Assembly (NCBI GenBank): GCA_964482735.1
Contig: CAYZYV010000003.1
Location: 1 to 61,096, forward strand
Length of the DNA: 61,096 nucleotides
DNA from: an uncultured Candidatus Saccharibacteria bacterium
Lineage (GTDB): Bacteria; Patescibacteriota; Minisyncoccia; Phycocordibacterales; UBA9973
Direction: 5' to 3'
Below the pieces are notes generated by a model. That model saw only the letters and a list, made by a program, of their open reading frames with translations, was not told the origin of the DNA and did not search any database. This document shows positions 55,800 to 61,096 of this stretch, in pieces. Position 1 is the first letter of the stretch, and every line of letters starts with the position of its first letter. The translations under genes and the position numbers were made by a program.

Positions 55800-58787
55800 A
55801 TGGCAACTGAAATTTTTGACCAAGAAATAAAAAAACTAAATGAGAAGCAGAAGGAAGCTGTCGAGACAATTGATGGCCCCGTTATGGTTGTAGCTGGTCC
55901 CGGGACGGGGAAAACTCAAATATTGTCATTACGCATAGGAAATATTCTTAAAAAAACAGATACTCCAGCGGAAGGAATTCTTTGTTTAACCTTTACTAAT
56001 TCAGGGGTAGAAGCGATGAAAAATCGTTTGGAGAGATATATTGGTAAAAGAGGGCAGGAAGTATATGTCTCAACTTTTCACAGCTTCGCAATAGGTTTAA
56101 TAGAGAAGTATTATGATTTCTTGGATTTTGAAGTTTCTCCAACTTTAATGGGGGACGACGAATCTATATTTTTAATAGACGATATTTTAAATAATTACGA
56201 ATGGGAATATCTTAGCCCTCTATCAAATAAAAGTTTATATTTCAATGAGCTAAAATCCTTAGTTTCTTTATTAAAAAGAGAAAGAATAAGCGCCAAAGAA
56301 TTCTTATCTTTTACTGAAGCAGAAATTGAAGATTTAAAAAATGACCCAGAAAATATATCGTCTCGAGGTTCCACAAAGGGGGAGATAAAAAAGAGTGTTG
56401 AAAAAAGAATTGAGTCTTTAGAAAAAACAAAAGAATTTGTTCGATTTTATGAAACATATGAGGAAGAGAAAAAGAAGCTCTCGATGATGGATTATGATGA
56501 TGTATTAGAATATGCAGTTTATTTAGTAGAGAATTTTGAGGATGTTAAAAATGAAATCAGAGAAAATTATCTGTATGTTTTAGTAGACGAACACCAGGAT
56601 TCAAGTGGTGTCCAAAATAGTTTTTTGAAGGCAGTCTGGAAGGATACAGAAAATCCAAACATTTTTGTGGTGGGAGATGATCGGCAGTTAATTTATGGGT
56701 TCTCCGGTGCAAATTCTTCTTATTTTGAAGAATTTTCTCACATATTTGGAAAAACAAAGTTAATCTTTCTAGTAGAAAACTATAGATCAACAGCACCAAT
56801 ACTTTTGGCAGCAGATGATCTTTTGTCTAGCTCTCTTTCTTCAGAGAAACTAAAGAGTAATAAAAAAGGTGAAGACAAAATTTTTATTAATGAATACTCT
56901 TATCCTAGAGATGAAATAATTGGAGCAGGAATTTATTTTAAACAAAAAATAGAGGAAGGCATTAATCCGAGCGAATGTGCCATTTTGGTATCAAAGAATC
57001 ATCAAGTTAAAACAGCTATAAATATCTTGAGAGATATGGGGCTACCAGTGGCAGATGGAGGTAATTCTTCTTTATTTAATGAATATGATGCAGATGGTAT
57101 GAGGCAGGTATTGAAGATTATAGCTGACCCACTAGATCATATAACCTTATCTAAAACACTGCTAAATAAATCAAGTGGCATTAGCTTATTAAAAGCTCAT
57201 CAATTTTTAAAAGACAATAAATATGAAGAGATAAGCATAGAGAGTCTTATTGAAAATAATAAAACTGAGAAAAATTTATTTGAAGAAAATGATGAAATTT
57301 ACAAATGGGGTAGGAAACTAGAAGATTGGATAAATAGATTTCAAGGAGAGAAATTAAGTAACATTGTTAACATTTTAGGAAACGAGTTGCTAATCAATGA
57401 ATCTCTAAATAACAAAGAGATGCTAAAAAGGGTAGAGATAGTAAGGAGTTTTATTCATCTAGCAATAATGTTTGAACAAAAACAAAAAGAGCCAACCCCG
57501 GACAAATTTATTGAATACCTTGATCGTCTTGATTCTTATAATGCTCAGATAGAGATAGCTAGTTTTGGTCAATCTGAAGGAATAAGGGTAATGACATTGT
57601 ATAAATCAAAAGGGTTAGAATATGAAGCCGTTTGGATAGCACACGCCAACGAAGAAGTTCTGTTGAGTAATAAAAACAACAAATTGGCACTACCTACTAA
57701 ATTAGAAGAACACAGAGAAAAGAAAAGTATAGAAGAAGTAAAGAAAGAATTGTACGTTGCTATAACAAGGGCGAAGACATTTTGCAATATCTCGTATGCT
57801 CGTGAAAACTATAATGGTAGAGACATGAATTTGGTATCAGTTATTAAAGAATTACCGGAATCTCATTTTAACAAAAAGACCAGTGAAGAAACAGAGAAAG
57901 AATTACTTCTCGTGGATCCTCTTATTTTTACCAAGATTAACAAAACAGAATTTAAGGGAGAAATAGTTGAAGAGGTTAAAAATTTGGTAAAAGAAAATTA
58001 TCCATCCCTCAAGGTCTCGGTATCAATGTTAAATAACTTCTTTGAATGTCCTTGGGAATGGTATTTTAGGAGTTTTCTAAGGTTACCAGAACCACAGCCT
58101 AATTACTTGGCTTTAGGGACTATTGTTCACGAAACTATTGAATACATATTAAAACAAGAAAAATTACCTTCAAAAGATGAGATAGAGAAAAAAATAGAAG
58201 ATAGTTTTACCAAAAAAAATATAATAAACCAAATAGATAAAAATCGTTTAGTCAAAAAAGCGGTAGAGGCTGTAAATTCCTGGACTAAGAATTATTATAA
58301 AGACCTTTATTCAAGCTTTAAATCAGAATACTCTATTTCTTTTAAAGATAAAGATTTTCCTAGTCTTGTAATGTATGGAAAGATTGATTTGATAGAGTCA
58401 GATAAAGATAACAACATTAGGATTACAGATTTTAAAACGGGTTCTTCTAAAACTAAAAATGATATAGAAAAAATAGATGACGAAGGTAGATTGTCCAAGC
58501 AGATGAGGCAATTAGCCATGTACTCATATCTATTACAAGGAGAAAAGAAAGACCTACTTATAGATAAATCAAGATTGTTATTCTTGGAAGAAGATATTGA
58601 AAATAAGAACTCATTATATGAGACTCATATAGATCAGGAAAAAATAGATTTACTCAAAAGAGATATTCGAGATTATGAAGAATCTTTAAGGTCTGGTGAT
58701 TTTGTAAGCAAAAAATGCCAAGTCAAAGCCTATGGTGGGGAAGAGTGCGAATATTGTAAATTGGCTAAAAGAATACTCTTAAAATAG
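55800..58787 (+). CDS. UvrD/Rep-family helicase fused to a C-terminal PD-(D/E)XK nuclease
   Basis: VAGPGTGKT, LTFTN, LVDEHQD, VGDDRQLIY, NYRST, KGLEY and YVAITRAK; C-terminal GKIDLI...ITDFKTG, QLAMY and four Cys. Confidence 0.92.
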   Translation: MATEIFDQEIKKLNEKQKEAVETIDGPVMVVAGPGTGKTQILSLRIGNILKKTDTPAEGILCLTFTNSGVEAMKNRLERYIGKRGQEVYVSTFHSFAIGLIEKYYDFLDFEVSPTLMGDDESIFLIDDILNNYEWEYLSPLSNKSLYFNELKSLVSLLKRERISAKEFLSFTEAEIEDLKNDPENISSRGSTKGEIKKSVEKRIESLEKTKEFVRFYETYEEEKKKLSMMDYDDVLEYAVYLVENFEDVKNEIRENYLYVLVDEHQDSSGVQNSFLKAVWKDTENPNIFVVGDDRQLIYGFSGANSSYFEEFSHIFGKTKLIFLVENYRSTAPILLAADDLLSSSLSSEKLKSNKKGEDKIFINEYSYPRDEIIGAGIYFKQKIEEGINPSECAILVSKNHQVKTAINILRDMGLPVADGGNSSLFNEYDADGMRQVLKIIADPLDHITLSKTLLNKSSGISLLKAHQFLKDNKYEEISIESLIENNKTEKNLFEENDEIYKWGRKLEDWINRFQGEKLSNIVNILGNELLINESLNNKEMLKRVEIVRSFIHLAIMFEQKQKEPTPDKFIEYLDRLDSYNAQIEIASFGQSEGIRVMTLYKSKGLEYEAVWIAHANEEVLLSNKNNKLALPTKLEEHREKKSIEEVKKELYVAITRAKTFCNISYARENYNGRDMNLVSVIKELPESHFNKKTSEETEKELLLVDPLIFTKINKTEFKGEIVEEVKNLVKENYPSLKVSVSMLNNFFECPWEWYFRSFLRLPEPQPNYLALGTIVHETIEYILKQEKLPSKDEIEKKIEDSFTKKNIINQIDKNRLVKKAVEAVNSWTKNYYKDLYSSFKSEYSISFKDKDFPSLVMYGKIDLIESDKDNNIRITDFKTGSSKTKNDIEKIDDEGRLSKQMRQLAMYSYLLQGEKKDLLIDKSRLLFLEEDIENKNSLYETHIDQEKIDLLKRDIRDYEESLRSGDFVSKKCQVKAYGGEECEYCKLAKRILLK

Positions 58788-58837
58788 GCCTTTTTAAAGT
58801 AAGGTAGCAAATACAGGCTAAAATATGCTATATTATT

Positions 58838-59554
58838 ATGATGCAAGAAGGATATAAAAAGGGTAGTTTACACCCATTAACACTAATAACTAACGAAGCA
58901 GTAACTATTTTTAAAGAAATGGGTTTTGCTGTAGAACAAGGTCCTGAGCTTGAAGATGAATGGCATAATTTCGACGCACTCAATGTACCCAAGGATCATC
59001 CAGCTAGGGATATGCAAGATACCTTCTTTATCAAAGGTAAACCTGGTATTGTACTACGTACACATACTTCTAGTTCACAAATAAGATACATGGAAAATTT
59101 GGTAAAAAATGGTGGCAATCCTCCGTTTGCAATTGTTGTGCCTGGAAAAGTTTTTAGAAACGAGGCAACAGATGCTAATCACGAAATGCAATTTTATCAA
59201 ATAGAAGGACTTGTTGTTGGTAAAGATTTTTCTGTTGCTAACATGAAAGGAGTTTTGCTCGAATTTTTCAAAAGATTTTTTGAGGGAGAAGAAGTGGATA
59301 TTCGCATAAGACCAAGTTTCTTCCCGTTCGTTGAGCCAGGTTTTGAAGTAGATTTGAGAAGAGGTGAAAAGTGGATTGAATTGTTGGGAGCTGGTATGGT
59401 CCATCCTAATGTTCTAAAAAATTGTGGAATAGATGGCGAAAAATATCAAGGTTTTGCTTTTGGAATGGGGTTAGATAGATTGATGAAAATGAAGTTAAAA
59501 GTAAATGATATTCGAGTTTCTTATCAAGGTGATCTAAGAGTTAATCAATTTTAA
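58838..59554 (+). CDS. pheS: Phenylalanine-tRNA ligase alpha subunit (N-terminally short)
   Basis: GSLHP, FDALNVP.DHPARDMQDTF, LRTHTS, FPFVEP and GFAFGMGLDRL motifs. Confidence 0.96.
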   Translation: MMQEGYKKGSLHPLTLITNEAVTIFKEMGFAVEQGPELEDEWHNFDALNVPKDHPARDMQDTFFIKGKPGIVLRTHTSSSQIRYMENLVKNGGNPPFAIVVPGKVFRNEATDANHEMQFYQIEGLVVGKDFSVANMKGVLLEFFKRFFEGEEVDIRIRPSFFPFVEPGFEVDLRRGEKWIELLGAGMVHPNVLKNCGIDGEKYQGFAFGMGLDRLMKMKLKVNDIRVSYQGDLRVNQF

Positions 59555-59559
59555 AGCTT

Positions 59560-61096
59560 ATGTTAATTAGTTACAATTGGATAAAATCATACATAAAAGA
59601 TATTCCAGAGCCAGAAAAACTGGCTGAGCTTTTAACTTTCAAGCTATGTGAAGTTGAGGGCGTAGAGGAAAAAGATAACGGAGATGCAATTTTAGATTTA
59701 AATATCTTACCTGATAGGGCTCATGATTTACTTTCTCACAGAGGAATAGCTAGGGAAATAGCAGGATTGCTCGGTCTACCTTTTAAGGAGAGTAATTTTG
59801 AAGAAAAAGAAATTATAAGTGAGCCTACGGATTTAGAAATAGATGTACAATCTCCTCTTTGCCGAAGATACATGGGTAGAATAATTAAAAATGTAAAAGT
59901 TGGACCTTCTCCTGTCTGGTTGAAAGAAAAAATTGAATCTATCGGACAAAGAAGTATAAATAATATTGTAGACCTATCTAACTTTATTATGTTTGATTTA
60001 GGTCAGCCTATACACACTTTTGATTTAGACAAATTAGAAAGTCCTAAACTAATAATTAGGAATGCTAACGAAGGTGAAAATATTGAGCTTTTGGGGTTTG
60101 AAAAAATAGGGGAGATAACAAAAGAAAGGAACGCTATCTTAAGTTCCAGCGAACTCGTAATTGCAGACGAAAAGGATGCACTTGTTATCGCAGGAGTTAA
60201 AGGTGGTAAAAAGGCAGAAGTAGATAAGAACACTCAAAATATCATTATAGAAGTGGCTAATTTTGATCCTGTGGCAATTAGGAAAACTGCTGGTAAATAC
60301 AACATTAAGACTGATGCCTCAAAAAGATACGAGAACGAAATTTCACCGGAACTTTGCAAAGATGCAATGGAAAAGATTTCTCACTATATAACTTTGATTT
60401 GCGAAGATGCCAAAGTAGAAAAAATTGTTGATATTTACAACCAAAAACCAGAAATTAAAAAAGTAACTTTTGATAGAGATTATATTTCAAAAGTTTTAGG
60501 GATAGGAATTACCATAGAAGAAATTAAAAACATTCTGACAGATTACAATTATGAATACGAAATAGATGGAAATGTTTTTGTTGTTACTATTCCTTGGTGG
60601 AGGTTAGATTTAAATATACCCGCAGATTTTACCGAAGAGATAGGCCGAATTTATGGATATGATAAAGTGGGTGCTATTTTACCAACAAACATTCCTGAAG
60701 CTAAAGATAATGATTCTTGGAAGAAAATTTGTCTTGTGAAAAATAAATTAGTAAACGAAGGTTATCAAGAAGTTATTAATTCAGTTTTTAGAAATAAAGG
60801 TAACTTCTCGGTTTTTGCTGCGGCTAGTGATAAAAGTAATTTAAGAGATAATCTCAAAGATGGTTTAAAGGAGAGTATTGAATTTAATTTAAAAAATCTT
60901 CCTTTATTGTTAAATGAAGATGTAAAAATCTTTGAAGTGGGAACTGTTTTCTTAAAAGACAAAGAACAGATTAATGTAGCTTTTGGTAACAAAAAAAATA
61001 TCAATGAATTGTCTTTAGATAGTTACTATGAAGAAATTAAAGATGGATACTCTGATGATTCTCTCGTAACTATTCCTAAAAAAGATCGTGATTTCG
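59560..61096 (+). CDS. pheT: Phenylalanine-tRNA ligase beta subunit (partial, runs off window)
   Basis: ATG at 59560: MLISYNWIKSY...LNILPDRAHDLLSHRGIARE, SINNIVDLSNF, GQPIHTFDLDK; open to the window end. Confidence 0.95.
   Translation, partial: MLISYNWIKSYIKDIPEPEKLAELLTFKLCEVEGVEEKDNGDAILDLNILPDRAHDLLSHRGIAREIAGLLGLPFKESNFEEKEIISEPTDLEIDVQSPLCRRYMGRIIKNVKVGPSPVWLKEKIESIGQRSINNIVDLSNFIMFDLGQPIHTFDLDKLESPKLIIRNANEGENIELLGFEKIGEITKERNAILSSSELVIADEKDALVIAGVKGGKKAEVDKNTQNIIIEVANFDPVAIRKTAGKYNIKTDASKRYENEISPELCKDAMEKISHYITLICEDAKVEKIVDIYNQKPEIKKVTFDRDYISKVLGIGITIEEIKNILTDYNYEYEIDGNVFVVTIPWWRLDLNIPADFTEEIGRIYGYDKVGAILPTNIPEAKDNDSWKKICLVKNKLVNEGYQEVINSVFRNKGNFSVFAAASDKSNLRDNLKDGLKESIEFNLKNLPLLLNEDVKIFEVGTVFLKDKEQINVAFGNKKNINELSLDSYYEEIKDGYSDDSLVTIPKKDRDF

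Overview
AT-rich bacterial chromosome segment, most consistent with Patescibacteria/CPR (Parcubacteria-like). This is an inference from the short PheS, a group I intron in 23S, a RAYT transposase, a pilin-LamG fusion and many ORFan membrane or secreted genes. The genetic code is standard (TGA = stop). Gene content: 3' end of rplK; a surface-glycan cluster (GT2/GT4, wzm-wzt, WcaJ-like priming transferase, O-antigen-ligase-like protein); efp, recA, ftsK; an S-layer-like protein; a RAYT with REP palindromes; a large secreted hydrolase/adhesin; rplJ-rplL; a 23S-5S unit with no 16S; rodA, secDF, lemA-DUF2207-htpX; tRNA-Ser(GGA); a MarR/2xMFP/MFS efflux operon; truB; a UvrD-nuclease fusion; pheS and partial pheT. 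The most unusual features are non-coding. (1) A group I intron at 23S position U2593 (E. coli numbering) carries two tRNA-like genes, and no homing endonuclease, inside a 24-bp hairpin extending P1. (2) A complete 5S rRNA is nested inside a split second 5S, each with its own processing-type stem. (3) A ~50-bp dispersed repeat family acts as the insertion target for a CCCCACACC-ended element with 20-bp TIRs and a 6-bp TSD; one copy carries a GIY-YIG nuclease. (4) A Fic cassette is bounded by a 57-bp duplication of a gene 3' end. (5) Short palindromic elements sit in start codons and in frame in a pilin leader. (6) A ~600-nt structured leader precedes the S-layer-like gene. All coordinates and pairings were read by eye; no searches or folding programs were run.
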